A stretch of DNA of 64,000 nt from Octopus sinensis (GCF_006345805.1 NW_021834240.1:7409-71408); one strand, 5' to 3'. Counted from the stretch's first letter, positions 1 through 12,415 are shown. Notes: generated by a model from the letters alone, not told the origin. Made by a program: numbers and translations.

Positions 1-755
1 TGCAGATTAAAGGGACCATTAATGCTAATATATGTGAAGGCGCATGGCTCAGTGGTTAGAGCGTCGAGCTTATGATCGTGAGGTTGTGTGCTCGAATCCC
101 AAACCGGGCTGCATGTTGTGTTCTTGAGCAAGACACTTTATTTCACATTGCTCCAGTTCACTCAGCTGTAGCAATGAGTTGCAATGTCACAGGTGCCAAG
201 CTGTATCGGCCCCTTTGCCTTTCCCTTGGATAACACTGGTGGCGTGGAAATGGGAGGGCGGTATGCATGGGTGACTGCTGGTCTTCCATAAACAACCTTC
301 CCCAGAATTGTGCCTTGGAGGGGAACTTTCTAGGTGCAATCCCATGGTCTGTGTCGTGACCGAAGGGGGTCTCAATGCTAATAACTATTTGGATTTGGTT
401 AAACAGCAATGTGATGCCATCCTTACGAGCATTTCCAAATCAACCATGCATTTCCATGCAAGAAAACGCCCCTTGTCATTCTGCAAAGAGTGTCACTGGA
501 TTCTTTAGAGAAGAAAATATCCAAGCAATGAAGTGGCCGGCACAAAGTCCAGACTTAAATCCGATTGAAAACCTTTGGAAGATACTTGGAGACAAAGTAA
601 CACAAAGGGCACGAAACGCTTCAATGATTTTATGGGAAACATTAGAAGAGGAATGGAAGAAAGTAACACCTGACTTGTGCAGGAAACTTGTTATGTCCTG
701 TGGCAATCAATGGGCAGAGGTGGTCACCGACAAAGGTCTCCAAACATCATACTAA
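1..755 (+). pseudogene. Tc1-family (DD34E-type) transposase C-terminal relic, interrupted by a SINE (31-373) and frameshifted near 405-410
   Basis: After removing the SINE the frame reads QIKGTINANNYLDLVKQQ, then shifts to VMPSLRAFPNQPCISMQENAPCHSAK...WPAQSPDLNPIENLW...KGLQTSY*. The second catalytic D appears as E (QENAPCH), with 34 residues to the E of IENLW. Confidence 0.9.
31..373 (+). mobile_element. tRNA-derived SINE family B, full length, with 10-bp TSD
   Basis: A-box-like tggctcagtggtt, B-box-like ctcgaatccc, central cttgagcaagacacttt. Flanked by AATGCTAATA at 21-30 and 374-383. Confidence 0.85.
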
Positions 756-775
756 GTGTATTAGGTTCATATTTA

Positions 776-1130
776 CATCATCATTTAGCGTCCGTTCTCC
801 ATGCTAGCATGGGTTGGACGGTTCAACCGGGGTCTGGGAAGCCAGGGGCTGCACCAGGCTCCAGTCTGATCTGGCAGTGTTTCTACGGCTGGATGCCCTT
901 CCTAACGCCAACCACTCCGTGAGTGTAGTGGGTGCTTTTTACGTGCCACCGGCACAGGTGCCAGACAAGGCTGGCAAACGGCCACGAACGGATGGTGCTT
1001 TTTACATGCCACCGGCACAGGTGCCAGGGGAGGCTGGCAGTGGCCATGATCGGTTGGTGCTTTTTACGTGCCACCGGCACAGAAGCCAGTCAGGGCGGCG
1101 CTGGCATCGGCCACATTCAGATGGTGCTTT
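776..1130 (-). mobile_element. Family D: RTE-LINE 3' end/3'UTR with internal ~62-bp repeats
   Basis: (CAT)n tail at left, conserved block ctggatgcccttcctaacgccaaccactcc, four ggtgcttt(ttacgtgcc) motifs. Confidence 0.75.
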
Positions 1131-1599
1131 CATATATACACACACAAACACAGACAGAGAAAGCTTGATGTATATATATATTTCAGATGGAGAACATAGC
1201 AAATTGTCAAATGTGGAACTTTCCAGAACTAAAGACAATCATTAATGCCAATTTAAGACAGGAAAATGGAGCACCAGGGAGCACAGGGGCCAAGGAGGGG
1301 GTGACAAATAGTCTGTGGAACACGTGTGATTTTTCTGGAGATGAAATAGAACCGTTAAATATTTATAGAAGCTAATTTCAGCAATGAACAGCCACGACTG
1401 CTTTGATGTTTAATCGGTAAGTTATGTGGTTTCGCAAGGAAGCAGTCAATATATGGTTCGAAACCGCCAGAGGTCGAGCGGTGGAGTTTAATCGCAAATT
1501 AGTATTTATAATGTTTAATGTGTTTTAATATCAGCTATATTAAAAACTCAGCCGTCATCGACAACTTGGGTAGAAATTTTGGCGTGTATGTGTGTGAAG

Positions 1600-1625
1600 T
1601 TGTCTTTGTGTGTAGACATATATAC

Positions 1626-1669
<44 letters not shown>

Positions 1670-1789
1670 CACACACATATAGATATACATATATATATTT
1701 ACATATATAAACACGCACACACATATATGTATATATATACATATATACACACATATATAAACATATATATAAACATATATATATATAAC

Positions 1790-1832
<43 letters not shown>

Positions 1833-2505
1833 TATAAACATATATACATATATATATATAAACATATATACATATATATATATAAACATATATACATATA
1901 TATATATACACATATATACATATATATATATACACATATATATAAACATATATACACATATAGATATACATATATATACACATATACATATATATATATA
2001 CAAACACATATATATATATATACAAACACATATATACAAACATATATATATATACACACGCACACTAACACACACACATATACATACATACTCCTAACAC
2101 ACACGCACACTCACAGAAGTGTATGTGTGTGTGTGTGTGTAGTTATAAAACATTCCCATTTATGTCTATGTAGACAGACACAAAGCTGCAACGAACCATG
2201 TATATTAATATACCCCACAGGTATATACACACATAGGTGTGAGTGTGTATACATGCACACACCCTCTCTCCCTCACACACACATTTATACGCAAGCATAG
2301 GAGTGGATGTTTGATGATGATGATGATGATGTATCATCACCTGACAGATACATATTTACACACACACACACATATATTTACACACACAACACATATATTT
2401 ACACACACCACATATATATATTTACACACACACACACACACACATATATATTTACACACACACACATATATATATTTACACACACACACATATATATATT
2501 TACAT

Positions 2506-2539
<34 letters not shown>

Positions 2540-2660
2540 TTATACACACATACACACAAAACTGCCAAGGTGTTTAAATGAATATATGTCCATGTGTGTT
2601 AGGATATATATATATGTGCGTGTATGTGCATGTGCCTGTGTGTGTGTGTGTGTGTGTGGT
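1600..2660. repeat. Compound (TA)/(CA)/(TG) microsatellite region
   Basis: Seen directly; source of the YI/HT-rich ORFs in the track. Confidence 0.95.
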
Positions 2661-2891
2661 TTTTGCACTCATGACCCCCACCCACCACCACCACCGCCTT
2701 TGCAAGTATAAAACAATTAATAAACAATCACCATAGCAACTGTAGTTTTGGAATTTAAATGCTGGCACACTGCTCCTCCGTTCCTCCTCTTTTGTAGAAA
2801 CTAATAAATTTGAGTTCTTTCTGTGTCGTGTCTGTGCGTCTGTGTGCGTGCGTGCATGTGTGGTGCAGTGTTGCCTCTCTTTTCTTTTTCT

Positions 2892-3069
2892 CTCTTTTTA
2901 CTTGTTTCAGTCATTTGACTGTGGCCATGCTGGAGCACCGCCTTTAGTCGAGCAAGTCGACCCCGGGACTTATTCTTTTGTAAGCCCAGTACTTATTCTA
3001 TCGGTCTCTTTTTTGTCGAACCGCTAAGTGACGGGGACGTAAACACACCAACATCGGTTGTCAAGCGAT
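2892..3069 (-). mobile_element. SINE family A, 3' half
   Basis: ctcttttacttgtttcagtcatttgactgtggccatgctggagcacc...gttgtcaagc, matching other copies. Confidence 0.85.
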
Positions 3070-3490
3070 GTGACTATGTGTGTGTGTATATATGTGTATG
3101 TATGTTGAGTGTGCATGTATGCATATGTTTGTATGTATGTATGTGTGTCTGTAAGTATATTGCGTATGTACGTATGCGCAGCAGTGCAAATGTCTGCACA
3201 TGTGTATGTATATAAATATATGTGAACCAGTATAAATGTCGCCGTATGTGTGTATGTACAATGAGCATATGTATGCGTGTGTTTTCAGCAAGAATGTGTG
3301 TGTGTCGTGTGTGTGTGTGTGTGCACCCATGTCCCCAGGTGTGTGGTGTTTTGTACCTGTCTTACCTCCCTGTGCTCCAGTTTAGAAATGGGGGTGAACA
3401 CTCAAATGAGAATCTCTGAAAGAGCCATGCTCGCCCACCCCACCTCTGCTGTCTGGAATTTCCTGTCAAATTAATATTCTATAAATATAT

Positions 3491-3902
3491 ACTCTTTTAC
3501 TCTTTTACTTGTTTCAGTCATTTGACTGTGGCCATGCTGGAGCACCGCCTTTAGTCGAGCAAATCGACCCCGGGACTTATTCTTTTGTAAGCCCAGTACT
3601 TATTCTATCGGTCTCTTTTTTGCCGAACCGCTAAGTTACGGGGACATAAACACACCAGCATCGGTTGTCAAGCAATGCTAGAGGGACAAACACAGACACA
3701 CAAACACACACGCATATATATATATATATACATATATACGACAAGCTTCTTTCAGTTTCCGTCTACCAAATCCACTCACAAGGCATTGGTCGGCCCGGGG
3801 CTATAGCAGAAGACACTTGCCCAAGATGCCACGCAGTGGGACTGAACCCGGAACCATGTGGTTGGTTAGGAAGCTACTTACCACACAGCCACTCCTGCGC
3901 CT
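3491..3902 (-). mobile_element. SINE family A, full length (tRNA-like head, internal microsatellite, GTAAAAGA-repeat tail)
   Basis: Reverse complement starts aggcgcaggagtggctgtgtgg (A box) ... gggttcagtccc (B box), then CORE-like cttgggcaagtg. More than 25 full or partial copies in the window. Confidence 0.9.
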
Positions 3903-3970
3903 ATATATATATATATATATATATATGTAGTTATGTGTACATACACGTGTATATAAAACCATTATTATTA

Positions 3971-4370
3971 AGGCAGCGAGCTGGCAGAATTGTTAGCACG
4001 CTGGGTAAAACGCTCAGCGGCATTTTGTCCATCTTCGCATTCTGAGTTCAAGTTCTGTAGAAGTCGACTTTGCCTTTCATCATTTCGGGGTCAATAAATT
4101 AAGTACCAGTGAAACACTGGGGTTGATGTAATTGACTTCCCCACTCCCCCAAAAATTTCAGCTTTGTACCTACAGTAGAAAGAATTATTATTATTATTAT
4201 TATTATTATTGATGAGGAGGTGATCAATAATTATTATTATTGATCAGGTGAGCTGGCAGAGATGTTAGCATGCTGGACGAAACGATTAGCAGTATTTTGC
4301 CCATCACTCTGTTCTGAGTTCAAATTCCGCCGAGGTCAACTTTGCCTTTCATCATTTCATGGTCGATAAC
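3971..4370 (+). mobile_element. SINE family C, two adjacent partial copies (3971-4190, 4247-4370)
   Basis: ggcagcgagctggcagaa...gagttcaaattccgccgaggtcgactttgcctttcatc. The central block resembles the Meta-type SINE domain (from recall, unverified). Confidence 0.75.
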
Positions 4371-4549
4371 GTTATGTGGCACCGTCACCAGAACTTTAAA
4401 GACAAGCTTCTCTCAGTATCTGTCTACCAAATTTGTTCACAAGACTTTGGTCGGCCCAAAGCTATGGGAGAAGACACCCAAGGTACCACACAGCAAGACC
4501 GAATCCAGAACCGTGTCATTGAGTGGTGGGGAGAAAGCAAACTTCTTAT

Positions 4550-4985
4550 TCCTTATTTCTTTATTGCCCTCAAGGGGCTAAACATAGAGGGGACAAACAA
4601 GGACAGGCAAATGGATTAAGTCGATTACATCGACTCCAGTGCGTAACTGGTACTTAATTTATCGACCGCGAAACGATGAAACATTGATACCCCATTTCAT
4701 TTTTGTTTACATTCTGCCTAAATTTGTTTCGGCAAGGGGCTAAACACAGAGGGGACAAAGAATGACAGACATAAGGATTAAGTTGATTATATCGAAGCCA
4801 GGATGAAAGGCAAAGTCAACCTTGGCGGAATTTGAACTCAGAGGTCGACTTTGCATTTCATCCTTTCGGGGTCGATAAATTAAGTACCAGTTATGCACTG
4901 GGGTCGATATAATCGAATGAATCCCTTTGCCTGTCCTTGTTTGTTCCCTCTATGTTTAGCCCCTTGTGGGCAATAAAGAAATAAG
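4550..4985. mobile_element. Cluster of SINE C 3' halves (two minus, one plus) forming an inverted arrangement
   Basis: ccttatttctttattgccctcaaggggctaaac at 4550 versus tttagccccttgtgggcaataaagaaataag at 4955-4985. Confidence 0.75.
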
Positions 4986-4996
4986 AAGTAAGAAAG

Positions 4997-5399
4997 CGTA
5001 GGAGTGGCTGTGTGGTAAGTAGCTTGCTTACCAACCACATGGTTCCGGGTTCAGTCCCACTGCGTGGCATCTTGGGCAAGTGTCTTCTGCTATAGCCCTG
5101 GGCCGACCAATGCCTTGTGAGTGGATTTGGTAGACGGAAACTGAAAGAAGCCTGTCGTATATATGTATATATATGTATGTGTGTGTATATGTTTGTGTCT
5201 GTGTTTGTCCCTCTAGCATTGCTTGACAACCGATGCTGGTGTGTTTACGTCCCTGACACTTAGCGGTTCGGCAAAAAAGAGACCGATAGAATAAGTACTG
5301 GGCTTACAAAAGAATAAGTCCCGGGGTCGATTTGCTCGACTAAAGGCGGTGCTCCAGCATGGCCACAGTCAAATGACTGAAACAAGTAAAAGAGTAAAG
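4997..5399 (+). mobile_element. SINE family A, full length
   Basis: Head gcgtaggagtggctgtgtgg, tail aacaagtaaaagagtaaagg. Confidence 0.9.
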
Positions 5400-6271
5400 G
5401 GAGAGTAAAGCAAATTTCTTACCACACTTCATTTAGAAACCTCCTTGTCCCCTTTTCTATTAGCACCACATGACATATATATCGCCATCCCTCAGGATTG
5501 ACTCATCCATTTGGATAATAAAATACTCCTGTGATTGCCGGCCACCTCCTCGACTACAATGTCAGACCAATTAGCCAGAACCCCATTTACTGCGACACTG
5601 TCATATCCCACGCTGCTACGTATGGATGGCCGTGGTCGTTGCACTGGCGCTCTGAAACCTTCACTGTCAATATTTCCTAATCCTGGCACAATTCCCACCG
5701 AACGAAACACCCCCGACCCCACAACCACCACCCTCCACTCCACCCCAACCATCATCATCGTTATTGTTCTGTGCTTTAATACAGTGGCTAATTACCAAAC
5801 CTAATTACCTCAAGCTTGTTTATGCACCATAAAAATAGGAAACTGTTGTTGTTGTTGTCGTTATTATGACAACTGTTATTGATGCAATTTACAGTAGGCT
5901 GTGGGTGGTGGAGGAGGTGGTGGTAGTGGTAGCGGCGGCGGTGGTGGTCGTCGTGGTGGGGTGGGTGGATGTTTGGAGTGTCGTTGGTGGTGGTGGTGGT
6001 TTGGTGCTGTTCAATATAAGTCTACACACAAACACAAATATATTCATACATATATATACATATATAGACATACAATATACATAGATACAAAATAACATAT
6101 GTATGTGTGTGTGTGTGTGTGTTATATATATATATATATACATTCACACACACAAATATACATATATACATGCATACATATACAGATATATAGACACATA
6201 CATATAGACATCTATACAAGCATACAAAGATATGCACATACATACACATACCGACTTAAAAATACAGGCAT

Positions 6272-6305
<34 letters not shown>

Positions 6306-6317
6306 TACAGACATATA

Positions 6318-6530
6318 TTCTTTTATTCTTTTATTTGTTTCAGTCATTTGACTGTGGCCATGCTGCAGCACCGCCTTTAGTCGAACAAAATGACCTCAGG
6401 ACTTATTCTTCGTAAGCCAAGTACTTATTTTATCTGTGTCTTTTACCGAACTGTTAAGTTACAGGGATGTAAACACACCAACATCAGTTGTCAAGCAATG
6501 TTGGGGGGACAAACAGACACACAAACACAT
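6318..6530 (-). mobile_element. SINE family A, 3' half
   Basis: Matches the A tail and body; breaks at the internal microsatellite. Confidence 0.8.
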
Positions 6531-6769
6531 ACACATATGTGTATAAATAGACATATATACGCACACATATACATAAATAAATACATACATACACACACAA
6601 ATATACAAGTATTTAAAATTTTACAAAACGACCGAAATAACAGCCTCCTTATTTTCACATGAAGATTCTTTATGAAAAGACTGTCACACCCCCCCCCCCC
6701 CGTCTTACTACGAAGCACCCCTGATCTGAAGCTCTGCAAGGGACCTCCCTATACCTCACCAGGGACCGT

Positions 6770-7080
6770 ACATCATCATTGTTCGACCGTGGTCGAGACA
6801 ATGGAATTTACCATGCTACGCCAGACTTCACGGTCCATCATAGCATTACGGAGATCCTGTTGCTGGATTCCTGTATCCCTGGAGATTACATCAGGGTAGG
6901 AGAGTGTGCGCCCTCTGGCATTGCGAGTAGATGGCTTCCAGAGGAGAAGAGTAGAAATTACCTCGTTTTCAACTCTACAACAATGTCCAGCAAACTGGAC
7001 TCTTCTACCTTTCACAAGAGATGACACAGGTGGTAATTTCCCATTTATTTGTACTTTGGTTGGATGACGCTTCCATGAGA
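6770..7080 (-). mobile_element. RTE-clade LINE ORF2 C-terminal fragment with (GAT)n tail
   Basis: Minus-strand LSWKRHPTK...RRVQFAGHCCR...RGRTLSYPDVISRDTG...MMDREVWRSMV, typical of RTE ORF2 C-termini; atgatgatg tail follows. Confidence 0.85.
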
Positions 7081-7081
7081 G

Positions 7082-7427
7082 ATCATCATCATCATCATCA
7101 TCATCGTTTAGCATCTGCTTTCCATGCTGCCATGGGTTGGACGGTTCGACCGGGGATCTGGGAAGCCAGAAGGCTGCACCAGGCTCCAGTCTTATCTGGT
7201 AATGTTTCTACAGCTGGATGCCCTTCCTAACGCCAACCACTCTGTGAGTGTAGTGGGTGCTTTTTACGTGCCACCCACACAGGTGCCAGGCGAGGCTGGC
7301 AACAGCCACGATTTGGATGGTGCTTTTTACGTGCCACTGGCACGGAAGCCAGTCGAGGCAGCACTGGCTTCGGCCACGATTCGGATGGTGCTTTTTACGT
7401 GCCACCGGCATGGAAGCCAGTCGAGGT
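7082..7427 (-). mobile_element. Family D (RTE 3'UTR) copy, three internal repeat motifs
   Basis: (CAT)n at 7082-7104, conserved D blocks. Confidence 0.75.
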
Positions 7428-7597
7428 GGGTAACAAAAAGGTTAAAGTGATCAAGATTAAAATCTGCAATCTAAATTGCATCACAATTTATGTTCCAAAC
7501 ACTAGTTTAATTAACAAGTTCTTTTACAAAAATCCTCATTACTTTCAGGATTTAATCGCAACAAAGTTCAACAGAATTATGCTAACGAGAGAGTTAA

Positions 7598-8317
7598 CCC
7601 TTTCATTACCAACCTGGCTGAAACCACCTCTGGCTCTGTAGTACAAATGTCTTGTTTTCAAAAGTTTGGAATTAGAATCTTCCAGCAAACCTTAGTCACA
7701 ATTTATGTTCCTAACACTAACTGAACGGTAACCAAATTATTTGACTAAATTCTTTGTTATATTTAAAATTAATTGAAAGAAACACAGAGCATCTCAACAG
7801 AAATATGGTAACAAAAGGGTTAAAATATATAATAGAGAAACAATTCTTAACCCTTTTGATACCACCCAGCTGAAACCACCTCTGGCTCTGTAGTACAATG
7901 TCTTGTTTTCATAAGTTTTGAATTAAAATCTTCCACCAAACTTAGTCACAATTTATGTTCCTAACACTAATAACGGTAACCAATTATTTGACTAAATTCT
8001 TTGTTTATTAAAATTAATTGAAAGAAACACAGAGCATCTCAACAGAAATATGGTAACAAAAGGGTTAAAATATATAATAGAGAAACAATTCTTAACCCTT
8101 TTGATACCAACCCAGCTGAAACCACCTCTGGCTCTGTAATACAAATGTCTTGTTTTCATAAGTTTTGAATTAAAATCTTCCACCAAACCTTAGTCACAAT
8201 TTATGTTCCTAACACTAACTGAATGGTAACCAAATTATTTGACTAAATTCTTTCTTATATTTAAAATTAATTAAAAGAAACACAAAGCATCTCGAAATAA
8301 ATACAGTAACGAAAGGG
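7598..8317. mobile_element. Three tandem piggyBac-type MITEs (7598-7819, 7851-8064, 8096-8317)
   Basis: Each is TTAA|CCCTTT...AAAGGG|TTAA with ~13-bp TIRs; identical 23-bp spacer aatatataatagagaaacaattc between copies. Confidence 0.85.
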
Positions 8318-8475
8318 TTAAATTGATTGGGAAGGAAATCTGCAATGTAAATTACATGTCAATTAAGATTAGAAACATAAAGTTAAATTAACTAAATTCA
8401 TCGTTATTTTCAGAACAGAGATAGAAACAGTGAATTCCAACAGAAATATGATAAGAAATGAGTCAAGGGTGAATA

Positions 8476-8639
8476 AGGCACAGGAGTGGCTGTGTGGTAA
8501 GTAGCTTGTTTACTAACCACATGGTTCCAGGTTCAGTCCCACTGCGTGGCACCTTGGGCGAGTGTCTTCTGCTATAGCCTCGGGCTGACCAATGCCTTGT
8601 GAGTGAATTTGGTAGACGGAAACTGAACAAAGCCTGTCG

Positions 8640-8670
<31 letters not shown>

Positions 8671-8882
8671 TTGTGTGTCTGTGTTTGTCCCCCTAGCATT
8701 GCTTGACAACCGATGCTGGTGTGTTTACGTCCCCGTCACTTAGCGGTTCGGCAAAAGAGACCGACAGAATAAGTACTGGGCTTAAAAAGAATAAGTCCCG
8801 GGGTCGATTTGCTCGACTAAAGGTGGTGCTCCAGCATGGCCGCAGTCAAATGACTGAAACAAGTAAAAGAGTAAAAGAGTAA
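8476..8882 (+). mobile_element. SINE family A, full length
   Basis: Head aggcacaggagtggctgtgtgg, tail gtaaaagagtaaaagag. Confidence 0.9.
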
Positions 8883-9141
8883 GACCCGGGTTAGACAGAT
8901 TCAGACTCATTCTAAGAAAGAGATGAAGCAAAAACCAAATCAGTTTCTCTTTAATTCCAAGATGAAATCTGAGGAATTCTATAAATGTGACATCCCAAAT
9001 GTTATTCACAGTGGATCATATGTATGTATATATGTGTGTATATATTGATAATTAAATATGCATCAAATCAATCTCAGCTGTGGGAATTGGTATGGCTATT
9101 CAAATATCATCCACTGCTTTTGTTACAACCTGCAACATAAT

Positions 9142-9173
<32 letters not shown>

Positions 9174-9288
9174 TTGCTGTTCAGTGAAGTTAAGATCAAC
9201 AAAAGAAGTGCTCCATCTGGTGAGAGATAAACATTATTCAATTAATACAATACATGTTTTTATGTGTTACTAATAGTTTTATATGATG

Positions 9289-9413
9289 AACCACATGGTT
9301 CCGGGTTCAGTCCCACTGCGTGGCACCTTGGGCAAGTGTCTTCTGCTATAGCCTCGGGCTGACCAATGCCTTGTGAGTGGATTTGGTAGACGGAAACTGA
9401 AAGAAGCCTGTCG

Positions 9414-9454
<41 letters not shown>

Positions 9455-9673
9455 TGTATGTGTGTGTATGTTTGTGTGTCTGTGTTTGTCCCCCTAGCAT
9501 TGCTTGACAACCAATGCTGGTGTGTTTACGTCCCCATCACTTAGCGGTTCGGCAAAATAGACTGATAGAATAAGTACTAGGCTTACAAAGAATATGTCCC
9601 GGGGTCGATTTGCTCGACTAAAGGCGGTGCTCCAGCATGGCCACAGTCAAATGACTGAAACAAGTAAAAGAGT
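9289..9673 (+). mobile_element. SINE family A, 5'-truncated
   Basis: Starts aaccacatggttccgggttcag, ends aagtaaaagag. Confidence 0.85.
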
Positions 9674-9752
9674 ATATATATATATATGACACACACACAT
9701 ATCCCTGTTTCATATTGGTATGGGTTAATGTGAATACATATATGCACAGATG

Positions 9753-10332
9753 CGAGGTCTGATCAAAAAGTACTGGAACTGTTACTATGGCAACTGAGCT
9801 AAAGTATGTGGAGTGAAGCTGCTTAGCCCAGATTGACCCCGGATTCTGCCATGTGTGCACCCAGAGTCCTAGAGTTCTCCCTCCTTTCTGCTGTTGTTGT
9901 TGTTGTTGTTTGTAGCAGTGTTTGGAAGCAAAGTGTGTTGAGTGTGGTTGTCTCGAAAAGAAGACCGGGTCCCAGCCGTGCAGGGTCTCCTTGGTTGCGT
10001 CAAGGAAGAGGGAAACGTTTTAAAAACGGTCATAACAGGGGGCGAATTGTGGGTCTATAGCTGTGACCCCGAAACCAAGGATCAGTCTTGGTAACGGAAG
10101 ACTCCAGCAAGATTTCAAGACATCAAGGAAACCCAAGGGAATGTGACAAGGAAGCTCCTCACTGTCCCCAAAAAGGGAGCTCCAGGAATGCTTCCATTAA
10201 GGGAAACGATGCTGGATAAAGTGTGCAGATTCAGTAGGGGCCGACTTTAAAGGGGATTCAATGCCAAATTAATATCGAGTTGTTGTTTTCTTTTTATAAC
10301 CCCAGTCCCGGTTACTTTAGGATCAAATCCCT
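9753..10332 (+). mobile_element. Internally deleted, degenerate mariner element
   Basis: Left TIR cgaggtctgatcaaaaagtactggaact; degenerate right TIR agtcccggttactttaggatcaaatcc. Remnant VLKTVITGGELWVYSCDPETKDQSW*RK is fused to RFQDIKETQGNVTRKLL..ELQECFH*GKRCWIKC...FKGD. Confidence 0.8.
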
Positions 10333-10477
10333 TAAATCCATTTTGGGTTGTTTTTATCTATAAACAGGGATGAATAAAGTGTGTGGCTGCAGATAGGGGA
10401 CAACTTCAAAGAAAATACGGAAAGGGTTCAACAGAAATGGACTGAAAAATCTCAAAGACCAGATCCATCAAGATTTT

Positions 10478-10850
10478 ATTTCTTTTATTTGTTTCAGTCA
10501 TTTTGACTGTGGCCATGCTGGAGCACTGCCTTTTTAGTCGAACAATTCAACCCTGGAGCTTATTTTTTCTAAGCCTAGTACTTGTTCTATCGGTCTCTTT
10601 TGCTGAACCACTAAGTTACAGGGAAGTAAACACACCAGCATCAGTTGTCAAGTGATGGTGGGGGACAAACAGAGAAACACACACACACACGACAGGCTTC
10701 TTTCAGTTTCCATCTACCAAATCCACTCAGAAGGCTTTGGTCGGTCTGAGGCTATAGTAGAAGACACTTGCCCAAGGTGCCACGCAGTGGGAACGAACCC
10801 GGAACCATGTGGTAGGGAAACAAGCTTCTTACCACACAGCCACTCCTGCA
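10478..10850 (-). mobile_element. SINE family A, near full length
   Basis: Matches other A copies. Confidence 0.85.
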
Positions 10851-11109
10851 CCTGTCTATATGTGAGAAATTTAAGCAGACCGTAGATCTGCTCAAAAAAA
10901 GTGGTTGACCAGTCAGTGTTACCAGTGAAGGAAACGAAATGCTCACAGCTCAAAAATTCACTCCAAAGACCCCAAAAACCAGAAAAGAGGGATTTCTATG
11001 AATTAGGAGTTTCCCACAGATCTCTTAGATGACTTATGAATCGCTCAGAGAAATGAAAAGAACATTCCACTCATATTAAGCAGCCAAAGTAAAACTAAGG
11101 TTTTCTTCT

Positions 11110-11548
11110 CATAAAGGCCCCTATTCCTGGTTTCATGGTGCTTATATTCCCCGCCTGGACAGGCTTGCTTATTTCTGCCAGCAGAGTGGACTGGAGCAAC
11201 ATGAAATGGAGTGTCTTGCTCAAGAACACAACACACTGCCCGGTCCAGGAATTGAAACCACAATCTCACAGTCATGAGTCCAACATCTGAACCATTGAGC
11301 CACATGCCTCCACTAAAAAGGTCTCGAGTCACAAGGGCCAGTTTCCTAGTTTCCAGGGTGTGTATAGTCTCACCTGGATGGGATGTCGGTCCACCACAAG
11401 AACACTCACTTTGGCCAGCTGAGTGGACTGGGGCTACGTGAAATGGAGTGTCTTGCTCAAGAATACATTGAGCTGCCTAATCCAGGAATCAAAACCACTA
11501 TCATACAATCACAAGTCATACATCCTAACCCCTGAGCTACGTGCCTCC
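11110..11548 (-). mobile_element. Two tandem SINE family B copies (11110-11315, 11325-11548) with a third tail type
   Basis: Both have gagtggactggagc..tgaaatggagtgtcttgctcaagaa and a tRNA-like head on the minus strand. Confidence 0.7.
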
Positions 11549-11937
11549 ACTATAAAGCAGCAGTAAATCTGTCTGGTCAGGCAGGTACAGAAATGGGCAG
11601 GAAAGCAGGTAAACGGATTAGTCAATAGATGATTGGCTTAATGGATGGAGAGAAGGAGAGAGAGAGAGGGGGAGAGTTATATAGACCAATAATTAGATAA
11701 ATACAGCCATATCCTTAAACAGGTAAGTAAACATATACATGTCTAAATGTCAATATGTGTCACACATACAAACTACACACACACATCTATATATATATAT
11801 ATATATACACACATATATATACAAATCTGACAAACATTTATTGATGTATATACACTCACAAATTATTATGTAAACAAAATGACATCCAGTCAAACAACTT
11901 ATGAAGATGGAAGCATCAGTCATTCTCTCTTACACAA

Positions 11938-11975
<38 letters not shown>

Positions 11976-12154
11976 CACACAAGTTTACATGTAGACATAC
12001 ACCTTCTCACACACACAAGTATGCAAAAATACACATAGAAATACATAACCACATGCATAACCCAATATATATATATATACATACAAACACACAATTAACC
12101 AATACATATATCTATACATACATACATACATATATGTATATATATATATGTAGA

Positions 12155-12415
12155 GTTAATCCAAACAAGAAAACACAAAAAAACACAACAATGCGAGGAC
12201 GTGGAACAAATATAGTATTATTGGACGCTCAGGAAAGAAGGAAAGAAGGAGGGTTTAACGTTTCGAACGGAGCTCTTCGTCGGAAACATAGAAGAAGGAA
12301 AGATCCAGAGAAGGGTAGACAGAAGAAAAAAAAATTGCCAATGGTACACACGAGGTCACATTTTGAAAGACCGGAAAGAGAAGGGTGAAGAAAGATGTTT
12401 TCAAAGACAGAAGAG
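12155..12415 (-). mobile_element. Penelope-terminal-like element family P1, copy 1, with hammerhead-like motif at 12253-12287
   Basis: Homologous to 18732-18930 and 54150-54378. Minus strand reads gttt-CCGACGA-a-gagc-tcc-gttc-GAAAC-GTT-aaac. Confidence 0.6.

Noticed and set aside
4997-5070. tRNA gene calls for SINE heads
   Set aside because: A/B boxes are present but there is no complete cloverleaf, and they continue into SINE bodies.
8884-9020. YKCDI...IHSG zinc-finger-like words
   Set aside because: The spacing is incompatible with C2H2 and the match is too short to support.
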